From Methylorubrum extorquens (lineage in GTDB: Bacteria > Pseudomonadota > Alphaproteobacteria > Rhizobiales > Beijerinckiaceae), in NCBI GenBank assembly GCA_900234795.1, contig LT962688.1, forward strand, positions 5,280,001 to 5,312,000: 32,000 nt of DNA, given 5' to 3'. Under the pieces are notes generated by a model, which had not been told where the DNA came from, did not search any database, and saw nothing but the letters and a program-made list of their open reading frames with translations. Below are positions 17,543 to 26,565 of this stretch, one piece after another. The position numbers and the translations under genes were made by a program. Within the stretch, counting starts at the first letter, position 1, and each line of letters begins with the position of its first letter.

Positions 17543-18214
17543 TCAGCCTGGATCGTCGGCGGGCTTCGGCCCCGGCGGGGCGAACAGGTCGTCGGGCGGG
17601 TCGGCGACGACTTTTCCGCCGGCGATGTCGAGGCTCGGCACGAACGCCTTGGTGAAGGGCAGGAGCGCGGTCGGGCCGCCGGCCGCCGGGCGGATCTCGA
17701 GCAGGTCGCCGCCGCCGAAATTCGGCACCGCCACGATGGTGCCGATCACCGTCCCGGCGCCGTCCTCGACGGTGAGGCCGATCAGGTCGGTGAGGAAGAA
17801 CTCGTCCTCGTCCTCCACCTCGCCCAGACGCTCGCGGGCGATGGCGAGGGTGACGCGGTTGAGGGCTTCGGCGCCGGTGCGGTCGTCCACGCCCTTCACC
17901 CGCACGATCAGCAGGTCGGGGGAGCTACCGGCGGCGGGCCGGACATTGGCGAGTTCGAGGGTGCGCCCGTCGGAGGCGTGCAACGGACCGTAGCCCGCGA
18001 TCGCTAGGGGCTCGCTGGTATGGGATTTCAGCCGGACTTCGCCGTGCAGCCCGTGCGGCCGGCCGAACTCGCCGAGCAGGACAAGCCCCGGATCGGGGGA
18101 GGCGGGCGGGGTGGGAGCGGCGGCGTGCGGCTTACGGGCTGAGGTGACGGCCTCCGTAGGGAGGCGGTCGGACCGCGCAGGTCCGCGCGATGAGGATCCG
18201 GGGCGGCGGGCCAT
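17543..18214 (-). CDS. rimM: Ribosome maturation factor RimM
   Basis: ..[36 protein letters not shown]....[35 protein letters not shown].. shows the RimM and PRC-barrel domains. ATG 18214 is preferred. The track ORF starts at a TTG at 18259. Confidence 0.88.
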   Translation of the reverse strand: MARRPGSSSRGPARSDRLPTEAVTSARKPHAAAPTPPASPDPGLVLLGEFGRPHGLHGEVRLKSHTSEPLAIAGYGPLHASDGRTLELANVRPAAGSSPDLLIVRVKGVDDRTGAEALNRVTLAIARERLGEVEDEDEFFLTDLIGLTVEDGAGTVIGTIVAVPNFGGGDLLEIRPAAGGPTALLPFTKAFVPSLDIAGGKVVADPPDDLFAPPGPKPADDPG

Positions 18215-18338
18215 GCAGTCTGCCTGTCTCGATCGGTCAGATGTCCCGCCCCGGACCAAGCCGGGTCCGCCCGGCTGGGGCGGACCGGAGCGGATCCCAG
18301 GCGAGCCCGGGATCCGTCGTGGGGAAGGACGGCCTGGC

Positions 18339-18701
18339 TTACGCCGCGGCGTCTTCGGCCGGGGCGGCAGCCTTCTCGGCGCGCTTGGCGGCGCGCTCCT
18401 TGGCCTTCTCGCCCGGCTCGGCCTTCTGCGGGTTGTTGCGGGTCGGGCGCTTGGCGAGGCCGGCGGCGTCGAGGAAGCGCAGGACGCGGTCGGTCGGCTG
18501 CGCGCCCTTGGCGAGCCAGGACTGGATCTTCTCGTTGTCGAGCACGATCCGGGCCGGATCGTCCTTGGCCTTCATTGGGTCGTAGGCGCCGACCTTGTCG
18601 ATGAAGCGGCCGTCGCGCGGGGCGCGGGCATCGGCGATGACGATGCGGTAGTACGGGCGCTTCTTGGCGCCGCCACGGGTGAGACGGATCTTGAGGGACA
18701 T
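18339..18701 (-). CDS. rpsP: 30S ribosomal protein S16 (with alphaproteobacterial Ala/Lys/Glu-rich C-terminal tail)
   Basis: [42 protein letters not shown]... Its ATG overlaps the upstream stop as TGATG at 18701. Confidence 0.95.
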   Translation of the reverse strand: MSLKIRLTRGGAKKRPYYRIVIADARAPRDGRFIDKVGAYDPMKAKDDPARIVLDNEKIQSWLAKGAQPTDRVLRFLDAAGLAKRPTRNNPQKAEPGEKAKERAAKRAEKAAAPAEDAAA

Positions 18702-19048
18702 CAGTCGTTCCTTTCGGTGTCGGGTTTCGCGGTAGTGTTCTGATCGACGCTTTCGGCGATCGTCCGGTGGTGCCGAATGACTTCCTTGACCACGAAGGCG
18801 AGGAATTTCTCGGCGAAATCGGGGTCGAGCTTGGCTTCGACCGCGAGATTTCTCAGGCGCTTGACCTGACGGGCCTCCCGATCCGGATCGGAGGGAGGCA
18901 GACCCTTGCGGGCCTTCAACTCGCCGACCCGCTGGGTGCAGCGGAAGCGTTCGGCGAGCAGATGGATGAGCGCGGCATCGAAGTTGTCGATGCTCTCGCG
19001 CAGGCTTGCCAGCTCGGGATCGATTCCTTGCGCGGACAAGATTGTCAT
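18701..19048 (-). CDS. Chorismate mutase (AroQ class, monofunctional)
   Basis: 115 aa: ..[57 protein letters not shown]... is the AroQ helical signature. Its ATG overlaps the ffh stop in ATGA (19045-19048). Confidence 0.85.
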   Translation of the reverse strand: MTILSAQGIDPELASLRESIDNFDAALIHLLAERFRCTQRVGELKARKGLPPSDPDREARQVKRLRNLAVEAKLDPDFAEKFLAFVVKEVIRHHRTIAESVDQNTTAKPDTERND

Positions 19049-20607
19049 TTCTTCTTACCCGGCAGGAAGCCGCCCAGCCCCGGCATCTTCGGTCCGCCCA
19101 AACCCGGCAGGCCTGGCATCTTTCCGGCCCCGAGCCCCGCCGGCATCGGCGGCAGCTTGCCGCCGAACTGCTTCTCGATCTCGGCGATCTGCTCCGGCGT
19201 CGGCTCCGGCATGCCCGGCGGCAGCTTCATGCCACCCGGCAACCCGCCCGGCATGCCGCCGCCCAGACCGAACATGTTGCCGAGCGCCTGGCCGATGCCG
19301 CCGCGCTTGCCCGAGCCCATCGCCTTCATCATGTCGGCCATGGTCCGGTGCATCTTGAGGAGCTTGTTGATCTCCTCGACCTTGACGCCGGAACCCGCCG
19401 CGATGCGCTTCTTGCGGCTGTTCTTGAGCAGATCGGGGTTCTTGCGCTCGCCCGGCGTCATCGAGGAGATGATGGCGCGCTGGCGCTTGAACATCTTCTC
19501 GTCGAGGTTGGCGCCCTCGACCTGCTTCTTCATCTGCCCCATGCCGGGCAGCATCCCCATCAGGCCGCCGATGCCGCCCATCTTCTCCATCTGGGCGAGC
19601 TGCATCGACAGGTCTTCGAGGTCGAACTTGCCCTTCCGCATCTTCTCGGCGGTGCGCAGGGCCTGCTCGTGGTCGATGGTCTCGGCCGCCTTCTCGACGA
19701 GCGAAACGATGTCGCCCATGCCGAGGATGCGGTTGGCCACCCGCTGCGGGTGGAATTCCTCCAGCGCATCGACCTTCTCGCCGACGCCGACGAGCTTGAT
19801 CGGCTTGCCGGTGACGGCGCGCATGGAGAGCGCCGCGCCGCCGCGGGAATCGCCGTCCATGCGGGTCAGCACGATCCCGGTGACGCCGAGGCGCTCGTCG
19901 AAGGCGCGCGCGGTGTTGACCGCGTCCTGACCGGTGAGCGCGTCGGCCACCAGCAGGACTTCGTGGGGTTTCGTCGCCGCCTTGACCTCGGCGGCCTCGT
20001 TCATCAGGCCCTCGTCGACCGTGGTGCGGCCGGCGGTGTCGAGCATGACCACGTCGAACCCGCCGAGGCGGGCGGCTTCCATGGCACGCTTGGCAATCTG
20101 TACCGCCGACTGACCGGCGACGATCGGCAGGCTCTCGACCTCGACCTGCTTGGCGAGCACCGCCAACTGCTCCATCGCCGCGGGACGCCGCGTGTCGAGG
20201 GAGGCGAGCAGCACCCGGCGCTTGTCACGCTGGTTCAGCCGCCGGGCGATCTTGGCCGTGGTGGTCGTCTTGCCCGAGCCCTGGAGGCCGACCATGAGGA
20301 TGGCGACGGGGGCCGGGGCGTTGAGATCGACGACGCTGGCATCGGTGCCGAGCATCGCGATGAGCTCGTCGTTGACGATCTTCACGACCATCTGGCCGGG
20401 CGTCACCGACTTGAGCACGACGGCGCCCACCGCCTTCTCGCGCACCTTATCGGTGAACGAGCGCACCACCTCCAGCGCCACGTCGGCTTCGAGCAGCGCG
20501 CGGCGCACCTCGCGCATGGCCGCGGTGACGTCGGCTTCCGTCAGGGCGCCGCGGCGTGTCAGGCCGGAGAGGATACCGGAAAGGCGGTCGGAAAGGCCTT
20601 CGAACAT
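19045..20607 (-). CDS. ffh: Signal recognition particle protein Ffh
   Basis: 520 aa: [27 protein letters not shown].., [34 protein letters not shown]. It has a Met-rich M domain and a Gly/Pro/Met-rich C-terminal tail. Confidence 0.97.
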   Translation of the reverse strand: MFEGLSDRLSGILSGLTRRGALTEADVTAAMREVRRALLEADVALEVVRSFTDKVREKAVGAVVLKSVTPGQMVVKIVNDELIAMLGTDASVVDLNAPAPVAILMVGLQGSGKTTTTAKIARRLNQRDKRRVLLASLDTRRPAAMEQLAVLAKQVEVESLPIVAGQSAVQIAKRAMEAARLGGFDVVMLDTAGRTTVDEGLMNEAAEVKAATKPHEVLLVADALTGQDAVNTARAFDERLGVTGIVLTRMDGDSRGGAALSMRAVTGKPIKLVGVGEKVDALEEFHPQRVANRILGMGDIVSLVEKAAETIDHEQALRTAEKMRKGKFDLEDLSMQLAQMEKMGGIGGLMGMLPGMGQMKKQVEGANLDEKMFKRQRAIISSMTPGERKNPDLLKNSRKKRIAAGSGVKVEEINKLLKMHRTMADMMKAMGSGKRGGIGQALGNMFGLGGGMPGGLPGGMKLPPGMPEPTPEQIAEIEKQFGGKLPPMPAGLGAGKMPGLPGLGGPKMPGLGGFLPGKKK

Positions 20608-20625
20608 GTGTCGCGTCAGCCTGGG

Positions 20626-20847
20626 CTACTGGTGAAGGCCGGCATTGGCCACGCGGCGCGCGCGGAGCGCATCCTCGAAGGAGGCCACCGCGCGGGCGAA
20701 CTTGTCCCGGCACGCCGCATCGCAGAAACCAACCACCGCACCGTTGTAGAGGGTCAGCGCCTCGGGCACGATCGGCTTGCCCGACCACGGGCAGAGGTCG
20801 TTGACCGCATCCTCGATGCGAAGGGTGGTGTCGCTCGCGGGCGCCAT
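20626..20847 (-). CDS. Small Cys-containing protein with a TRASH/YHS-like C-X22-C-X3-C pattern
   Basis: Internal ATG (20847) of track ORF 20626..21015. MAPASDTTLRIEDAVNDLCPWSGKPIVPEALTLYNGAVVGFCDAACRDKFARAVASFEDALRARRVANAGLHQ (73 aa). Cys19, Cys42 and Cys46 fit the TRASH spacing. The gene ends 18 nt upstream of the ffh start. The SD is weak. Confidence 0.5.
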   Translation of the reverse strand: MAPASDTTLRIEDAVNDLCPWSGKPIVPEALTLYNGAVVGFCDAACRDKFARAVASFEDALRARRVANAGLHQ

Positions 20848-21145
20848 GGCAGGGCTCGTTTGACGCTTCGGCGTACGCCCGGCAACGACAAGGGCGCCCG
20901 AGGGCGCACACGCGCTGTCGGACGTTGACCTCCGGCCCCTCGGGCCGGTCGGCGGCTCATCGTGACGTTCGAACGTCGAAATGGAGCCGGGCGGATAGGC
21001 CCTGGCCCGCCCCAAGTCAATCCCAAGCCCGTTTCCTGGGGCGATCCCGACGGAGGGGTTGCCCGCTGACCGATGCGGGACTGTACCCGAAACGGACGTA
21101 AGCGGATGGTTAAGCTTTACTCTTCGTTAAGCATGTTGGGGTCTG

Positions 21146-21652
21146 ATGCTCGTCAACGCACCGCTGGAGGTGCCCGAGGACTTCCCGATGTCGGAACCCG
21201 CGCGACAGGCCCCGTCTCCCGAGCCCGGTCTCCGGACTCCCGCTGCCACCGCGCCGCTGCGTGATTGGCTCGCCACCATGCGCACCGCCATGTCCGACAC
21301 GCCTGCCGTCGAGACGCGCAGCGCGGAGCCCGCTCTCGCCGAGCCGGACGCCGAGGCCCGCAACAGCGGCTGGTCGCCCCGCCTCGTCTCCGTCGCCGCA
21401 AAGTCGGCTGAGGCTGCCGACGAGGACGTCGCCGAGATCATGGCTGAGAACATGATGCTGAAGGCTCGGCTGCGGCTGGAATCCGAGCGCCGCGACGAGC
21501 TTCAGGTCATCCTGGCCCAGGAGATCCGCGAGCTGCGCGCCCACATCGCCGAAGAGGTCGGCAAGATGGACGACCTGCGGACCGAGCGCGATCTCTGGCG
21601 CGCCCGCTGCGAGGCCCTGGCCGCCCCGCTGTTCCAGGTTCAGCACCGCTGA
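21146..21652 (+). CDS. Hypothetical protein, disordered Pro/Ala-rich N-terminus plus C-terminal coiled coil
   Basis: 168-aa ORF. The C-terminal half ..AEIMAENMMLKARLRLESERRDELQVILAQEIRELRAHIAEEVGKMDDLRTERDLWRARCEAL has heptad character. The start is uncertain, with an alternative ATG 14 codons in. I recognise no family. Confidence 0.5.
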   Translation: MLVNAPLEVPEDFPMSEPARQAPSPEPGLRTPAATAPLRDWLATMRTAMSDTPAVETRSAEPALAEPDAEARNSGWSPRLVSVAAKSAEAADEDVAEIMAENMMLKARLRLESERRDELQVILAQEIRELRAHIAEEVGKMDDLRTERDLWRARCEALAAPLFQVQHR

Positions 21653-21677
21653 GCCGTCCTCAAGACATTAGAAATGC

Positions 21678-21705
21678 GAAGGGCCGCCCCGAGGGGCGGC
21701 CCTTC
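21678..21705. terminator. GC-rich 12-bp hairpin between convergent transcription units
   Basis: GAAGGGCCGCCC-CGAG-GGGCGGCCCTTC. On the minus strand it is followed by GCATTTCTAAT, a partial U-tract, about 50 nt after the 22-codon ORF. On the plus strand it lies 26 nt after the stop of 21146..21652 and has no U-tract. Confidence 0.6.
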
Positions 21706-21756
21706 CATTGTCGAACCGGTCAGTCCGACGAAACCTGCTGATATCCCGCGGGTGCG

Positions 21757-21825
21757 TTAGGCGCACACGCCGGAGGCAACAGTCCAGGTCTTGGTCGTCG
21801 GCGACGGCTGATGACAATGAGACAC
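21757..21825 (-). CDS. Candidate 22-codon small ORF (GTG start) behind an exceptionally long Shine-Dalgarno sequence
   Basis: The minus strand reads CGAAAGGAGGTGATCCA-GTG TCT CAT TGT CAT CAG CCG TCG CCG ACG ACC AAG ACC TGG ACT GTT GCC TCC GGC GTG TGC GCC TAA, giving (M)SHCHQPSPTTKTWTVASGVCA. There are 7 nt between the GGAGG core and the GTG. It is too short for the ORF track, and I recognise no homology. Confidence 0.35.
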   Translation of the reverse strand: MSHCHQPSPTTKTWTVASGVCA

Positions 21826-22017
21826 TGGATCACCTCCTTTCGTTCGTTGCGGATGAGCCCAAGGTAGGGGTGATTTTCGCCGTGCGAAAGAGCCTTGGCG
21901 GCTGATCCGGTGCGTTGTCTCGCCGCGGTGCAGCATGCGGTTCCGCCCATGCCGCTGGCCGCCGGGCGGCGAGGAGCCTAAAGAGGGCGCCCGTCAGCAT
22001 CGGGCCCTTCAGACATC

Positions 22018-23103
22018 ATGTCCTCCGCCACCGCCCCGCGCATCTCTACCGACGACGCCCTCGATCCGCGCGCCATGCGCGAGCCGTTGTCGAACGCCTG
22101 GTACTGCGCCGGCCGCGCCTCGGCGGTCGCGGGCGGAAAGATGCGGGCCGTCGCGCTCAACGGCGAGCAGGTCGTGCTCGGCCGGGCCAAGGACGGCAGC
22201 CTGTTCGCGCTGCGCGACCGCTGTCCCCATCGCGGCATGGCTTTGTCCAAGGGCAAGTTCGACGGCGACACGCTGATGTGCCCGTTCCACGGCTGGCGCT
22301 TCGGCACCGACGGGCGTTGCCGCGACGTGCCGACGCTCTCCGCGCACGACGCCTCGGACTTCTCGCGCATCGCGGTCCAGCGCTTCCCCATCGTCGAGAG
22401 CGCGGGCTTCCTCTGGGTCAACCCGCATCTCGGCCCCTCCGACCCCGGCGCCGTGCCGGCGGTGCCCTCCCTCGATTTCGAGCCGGCCGGCTGCCTCGTG
22501 CTCGAACTAGAGGTCGAGGCCTCGTTCGACCTGACGACGCTGAGCCTCGTCGATCCGGGCCATGTCGCCTTCGTCCACGACACGTGGTGGTTCCGGCCCT
22601 CGAAGGAGCTGCGGGAGAAGGTGAAGACCTTCCAGCCCGTGCCGCACGGCTTCGTCATGACGAGCCACGCGACCACGACGAGTTCGCCGGTCTACCGCCT
22701 GCTCGGCGGCGCCCCGGAGGTCGAGATCGAGTTCCGCCTGCCCGGCGTGCGGCTGGAGCGGATCAAGGCGGGTACGAAGCGCGTGGCCAACTACACCTTC
22801 GCCACGCCGATGGGCCCCAACCGGACGATGCTGACCAACGCGCTCTATTGGAGCATGCCGGCGCTCAACCTCCTGAAGCCGATCGCCCGGCCGCTGATGC
22901 GCCAGTTCCTGACCCAGGATCAGCAGGTGCTCCAGCACGCGCAGGCGGGCCTCGACCGCAAGCCGACCATGGTGCTGCTCGGCCAGGGCGATCTGCCCTC
23001 GCAATGGTATTTCCGCCTCAAGCGCGAGGCCCTGGAGGCGGCGCGCGAGAGCCGCCCCTTCGCCAACCCCCTGACCCGCCAGGAGCTGCGCTGGCGCTCG
23101 TGA
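22018..23103 (+). CDS. Rieske [2Fe-2S] domain oxygenase (PaO/ring-hydroxylating alpha-subunit-like)
   Basis: 361 aa. Rieske motif CPHRG-x17-CPFHGW. Mononuclear iron motif DPGHVAFVHD. Confidence 0.85.
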   Translation: MSSATAPRISTDDALDPRAMREPLSNAWYCAGRASAVAGGKMRAVALNGEQVVLGRAKDGSLFALRDRCPHRGMALSKGKFDGDTLMCPFHGWRFGTDGRCRDVPTLSAHDASDFSRIAVQRFPIVESAGFLWVNPHLGPSDPGAVPAVPSLDFEPAGCLVLELEVEASFDLTTLSLVDPGHVAFVHDTWWFRPSKELREKVKTFQPVPHGFVMTSHATTTSSPVYRLLGGAPEVEIEFRLPGVRLERIKAGTKRVANYTFATPMGPNRTMLTNALYWSMPALNLLKPIARPLMRQFLTQDQQVLQHAQAGLDRKPTMVLLGQGDLPSQWYFRLKREALEAARESRPFANPLTRQELRWRS

Positions 23104-23152
23104 GTCCCTGCGCCGCGCTTGAACCGCGGACCGGACAGGCCATCTTGGCCGT

Positions 23153-24214
23153 ATGAAGAAGCGTGGCCTGCTCACGGTCGCCAGCGCGGCCACGGTGATG
23201 ACCCTCGGGGGTGTCGGCTACGCCGCGCATCGCCGGAACAAGAACCCCTATTACCGCGGCCCCGAGAGCGCGCATTTCGACGGGCTGCGCTTCCACGCCC
23301 CGAACCAGCCGCCCGACAAGTCGCTCTCCGACCTCGCCCGCTGGCGCCGAACCGGCAAGCCCGAGGCGTGGCCGGCAAGCTTCCCGAGCCCGTTTCCGGC
23401 GGACAGGCCGCCGGAGCGGTTCGAGGGACTTCGCGTCGTCCTGATCGGACATGCGAGCTACCTGTTCCAGGTCGCGGGCCGCAACATCCTGGTCGATCCG
23501 GTCTATGCCAAGCGCGCGAGTCCGGTCCGCTTCGCCGGGCCGAAGCGGGTCAACGCGCCGGGCATTGCCTATGCAGACCTGCCGCCGATCGATGCGGTGC
23601 TGATCACGCACAACCACTACGACCATCTCGACGGACCGACGATCGCCCGCTTGTGGCAGGACCATCAGCCGCTGATCGTCGCTCCGCTCGGCAACGATGC
23701 GATCCTGCGCGGCTACGACGAGACCATGCATGTCGAGACCCACGACTGGGGCGAGTCGGTCGATCTCGGCGCCGGCATCACCGTGCATCTGACGCCGGCC
23801 AACCACTGGTCGGCGCGCGGCTTCAACGACCGGCGCATGGCCCTGTGGTGCGCCTTCGTGCTCACGACGCCGCGCGGCGTGCACTACCATGTCGGCGATA
23901 CCGGCCTCGGCGACGGCGCGCTCTTCCGCGAGATCCGCGCCCGGTTCGGCCCGCCCCGGCTCGCGACCCTGCCCATCGGCGCCTACGAGCCGCGATGGTT
24001 CATGCAGCCCCAGCACATGAACCCCGCCGACGCGGTGGAGGCCCTGGGCCTGCTCGGCGCCGATCAGGCGCTCGGGCACCATTGGGGTACGTTCAAGCTC
24101 ACCGACGAGGGCATCGAGCGCCCCGTCGAGGCGCTGGGCGAAGCGCTGACGGCGGCCGCGCTTCCACCGGAGCGGTTCCTGGCGCTACGGCCGGGGCAGG
24201 TTTGGGAAGGGTAG
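23153..24214 (+). CDS. MBL-fold metallo-hydrolase (NAPE-PLD-like), with an N-terminal signal/anchor
   Basis: 353 aa. MKKRGLLTVASAATVMTLGGVGYAAH is hydrophobic. ..VLITHNHYDHLD.. is the HxHxDH zinc motif. Also ..HYHVGDTG.. and ..LGHHWGTFKLTDE... Confidence 0.85.
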   Translation: MKKRGLLTVASAATVMTLGGVGYAAHRRNKNPYYRGPESAHFDGLRFHAPNQPPDKSLSDLARWRRTGKPEAWPASFPSPFPADRPPERFEGLRVVLIGHASYLFQVAGRNILVDPVYAKRASPVRFAGPKRVNAPGIAYADLPPIDAVLITHNHYDHLDGPTIARLWQDHQPLIVAPLGNDAILRGYDETMHVETHDWGESVDLGAGITVHLTPANHWSARGFNDRRMALWCAFVLTTPRGVHYHVGDTGLGDGALFREIRARFGPPRLATLPIGAYEPRWFMQPQHMNPADAVEALGLLGADQALGHHWGTFKLTDEGIERPVEALGEALTAAALPPERFLALRPGQVWEG

Positions 24215-24247
24215 AGGCGGCCCAACGCTCGATCGGGAGCACGGCGT

Positions 24248-25138
24248 TCACCCGACGTCGCTCGGCTCCTGTCGTCGACTGTCGGACCTGCGGTTCGCCA
24301 GCGTGATCCCCGCCGAGGCCGCCACGATGCAGGCGATGGCCCCACCCTGCACCGGGGTCAGCCGCTCGCCGAGCAGGGCGAGGGCGGCCACCGACGCGAC
24401 GGCCGGCTCCAGGCTCATCAGCACGCCGAAGGCCGGGCGGGGCAGGCGCGTGAGGGCGAACATTTCAAGCGAGTAGGGCAGGGCGCTCGACAGAACGGCG
24501 ATGACGAGCCCCGTCGCCAGCGTCGCCGGGGTGAACAGGTCGGTGCCGGCCTCAACGAGGCCCACAGGTGCGACGACGTGGGCGGCGACCAGCATACCGA
24601 GCGACACCGCCCGGCCGCCGCCGGCCCGGCCGGCGCGCTGGCCGAACACGATGTAGGCGGCCCAGCACAGGCCCGCGCCCAGCGCCAACGCCGCGCCCGT
24701 CGGATCGAGGGTGCTCGTCTCGCCCAGCGGCAGCAGCAGGCCGAGCCCCAGCACCGCGAGTCCGATCCAGGCAAAGTCGCGTGCCCGGCGCGAACCCGCC
24801 AACGCCACCGCCAGCGGACCGGTGAACTCGATGGCCACCGCGATGCCGAGCGGGATCGTGCGGAGCGACAGGTAGAACAACAGGTTCATGAGCCCGAGCG
24901 CCGCGCCGTAGAGCGCAATGGCGCCGATCTCGCCCCGCTCAAGACTGCGCCGCCACGGCCGCCAGACCGCGAGCAGGATCAGCGCCGAGAAGCCGACGCG
25001 GAGCGACGTGACGCCCGCCGCGCCGACGACCGGAAACAGCCCCTTGGCGAGCGCGGCGCCGCTCTGGATCGAGACCATCCCCGCCAGGAGGGCGAGGATC
25101 GGCAGGGCGATGTCGGGCGCGGCGTTGCGTCCGCGCAC
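24248..25138 (-). CDS. rhtA: EamA/DMT family exporter, RhtA (threonine/homoserine exporter)-like
   Basis: 296 aa with 10 predicted TM helices. The N-terminus ..LPILALLAGMVSIQSGAALAKGLFPVVGAAGVTSLRVGFSALILLAVWRPW parallels E. coli RhtA. The GTG start lies 2 nt after the hslU stop. Confidence 0.7.
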   Translation of the reverse strand: MRGRNAAPDIALPILALLAGMVSIQSGAALAKGLFPVVGAAGVTSLRVGFSALILLAVWRPWRRSLERGEIGAIALYGAALGLMNLLFYLSLRTIPLGIAVAIEFTGPLAVALAGSRRARDFAWIGLAVLGLGLLLPLGETSTLDPTGAALALGAGLCWAAYIVFGQRAGRAGGGRAVSLGMLVAAHVVAPVGLVEAGTDLFTPATLATGLVIAVLSSALPYSLEMFALTRLPRPAFGVLMSLEPAVASVAALALLGERLTPVQGGAIACIVAASAGITLANRRSDSRRQEPSDVG

Positions 25139-25140
25139 GG

Positions 25141-26454
25141 TCAGAGAATGAAGCGGCTCAGATCGGCGTTGGCGGCCAGATCCTCGACCCGGTCGCGCAC
25201 ATAGGCCGCGTCGATCGGCACCGTCTCGCCGGAGCGGTCGGTGGCGGTGAACGAGATCTCGTCGATCACCCGCTCCAGCACGGTCTGCAGGCGGCGGGCG
25301 CCGATATTCTCCACCGAACCGTTCACCTCGACGGCGACGCGGGCGAGCGCGTCGATGGCGTCCTCGGTGAAGTCGAGGGTGACGCCTTCCGTCTCCATCA
25401 GCGCCACCGTCTGCTTGATGAGGCTGGCTTCGGTGGCGGTGAGGATCTGCTTGAAGTCCTCGACGGTCAGCGGCTGCAACTCGACGCGGATCGGCAGGCG
25501 GCCCTGCAACTCGGGCAGCAGGTCGGACGGCTTCGAGACGTGGAAGGCGCCGGACGCGATGAACAGGATGTGGTCGGTCTTCACCGGCCCGTGCTTGGTC
25601 GCCACCGTGGTGCCCTCGATCAGCGGCAGCAGATCGCGCTGCACGCCCTCGCGGGAGACGTCGGCGCCCGAACGGCCCTCGCGGGCGCAGATCTTGTCGA
25701 TCTCGTCGAGGAAGACGATGCCGTTATCCTCGACCTCACGGATCGCCTCGCGGGTCAGCGCGTCGTCGTCCACGAGCTTGTCGCTCTCCTCGGCGATCAG
25801 CGGCGCGTAGGCCTCCGCCACCGTGATGCGGCGCGGCTTGCCGCGCTGGCCGCCGAGCGCCTTGCCGAGCATGTCGGAGATGTTGATCGCCCCCATCGAG
25901 GCGCCGGGCATGCCGGGTATCTCGAACATCGGCATACCCTGCGAGCCGGACGGGGCCAGCTCGATCTCGACCTCCTTGTCGTCGAGTTCGCTTGCCCGCA
26001 GCTTCTTGCGGAAGCTTTCGCGCGTCGCCTGGCTCGCGGTCGGCCCCACCAGGGCGTCGAGGATGCGGGATTCGGCGGCCGCCTCCGCCTTGGCCTTCAC
26101 CGCCTTGCGCTTCTCTTCCCGCGTGAGGCCGATGCCGACCTCGACGAGGTCGCGCACGATCTGCTCCACGTCGCGGCCGACATAGCCCACCTCCGTGAAC
26201 TTGGTGGCCTCGATCTTGAGGAAGGGCGCGCCCGCGAGCCGGGCGAGACGCCGGGCGATCTCGGTCTTGCCGCAGCCCGTCGGGCCGATCATCAGGATGT
26301 TCTTGGGCGCCACCTCGTCCCGCAGCGGGCCTTTCAGTTGCTGGCGCCGCCAACGGTTGCGCAAGGCGATCGCGACCGCACGCTTGGCGTCCTTCTGGCC
26401 GACGATGAAGCGGTCGAGCTCGGAGACGATCTCGCGGGGAGAGAAGGTGGTCAT
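25141..26454 (-). CDS. hslU: ATP-dependent protease ATPase subunit HslU
   Basis: 437 aa: [37 protein letters not shown].., Walker [26 protein letters not shown], ..[11 protein letters not shown]... Confidence 0.97.
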
Positions 26455-26565
26455 CGGGCTCCTGCGGCCGTTTTTTGGGGACGTGTGGGGCGGCGCGTCG
26501 GGCGCGGGGCCTTCCCCACGAACGATCTAAGCGGGCGAGGCCCGGCTTTCCAGGGAGCGCGGCGC

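Noticed and set aside
20964-20977. Perfect 14-nt palindrome GACGTTCGAACGTC in the intergenic region upstream of the TRASH-like gene, and a perfect 12-nt palindrome GAACGATCGTTC at 14636-14647 downstream of trmD; considered as operator sites.
   Set aside because: Perfect palindromes of 12-14 nt are expected by chance a few times in 32 kb (roughly 1 per 4^6 to 4^7 positions). Neither is repeated elsewhere in the window, and neither matches a binding motif I can name.
20855-20980. Run of short GC-rich stem-loops (ACGC-TTCG-GCGT, GCGCC..GGCGC, CCGGCCC-CTC-GGGCCGG) upstream of the TRASH-like gene; considered a riboswitch or ncRNA.
   Set aside because: The stems are short (4-7 bp), of the kind that arise readily in GC-rich DNA, and I recognise no known riboswitch core sequence. 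This cannot be assessed without covariation data.
21825-21841. Plus-strand CTGGATCACCTCCTTTC, identical to the 3' end of 16S rRNA; considered an rRNA gene fragment.
   Set aside because: Identity stops after 17 nt, because the upstream sequence (..atgacaatgagaca) does not match 16S helix 45. No other rRNA sequence is nearby. It is better explained as the complement of an extended SD on the minus strand (see finding).
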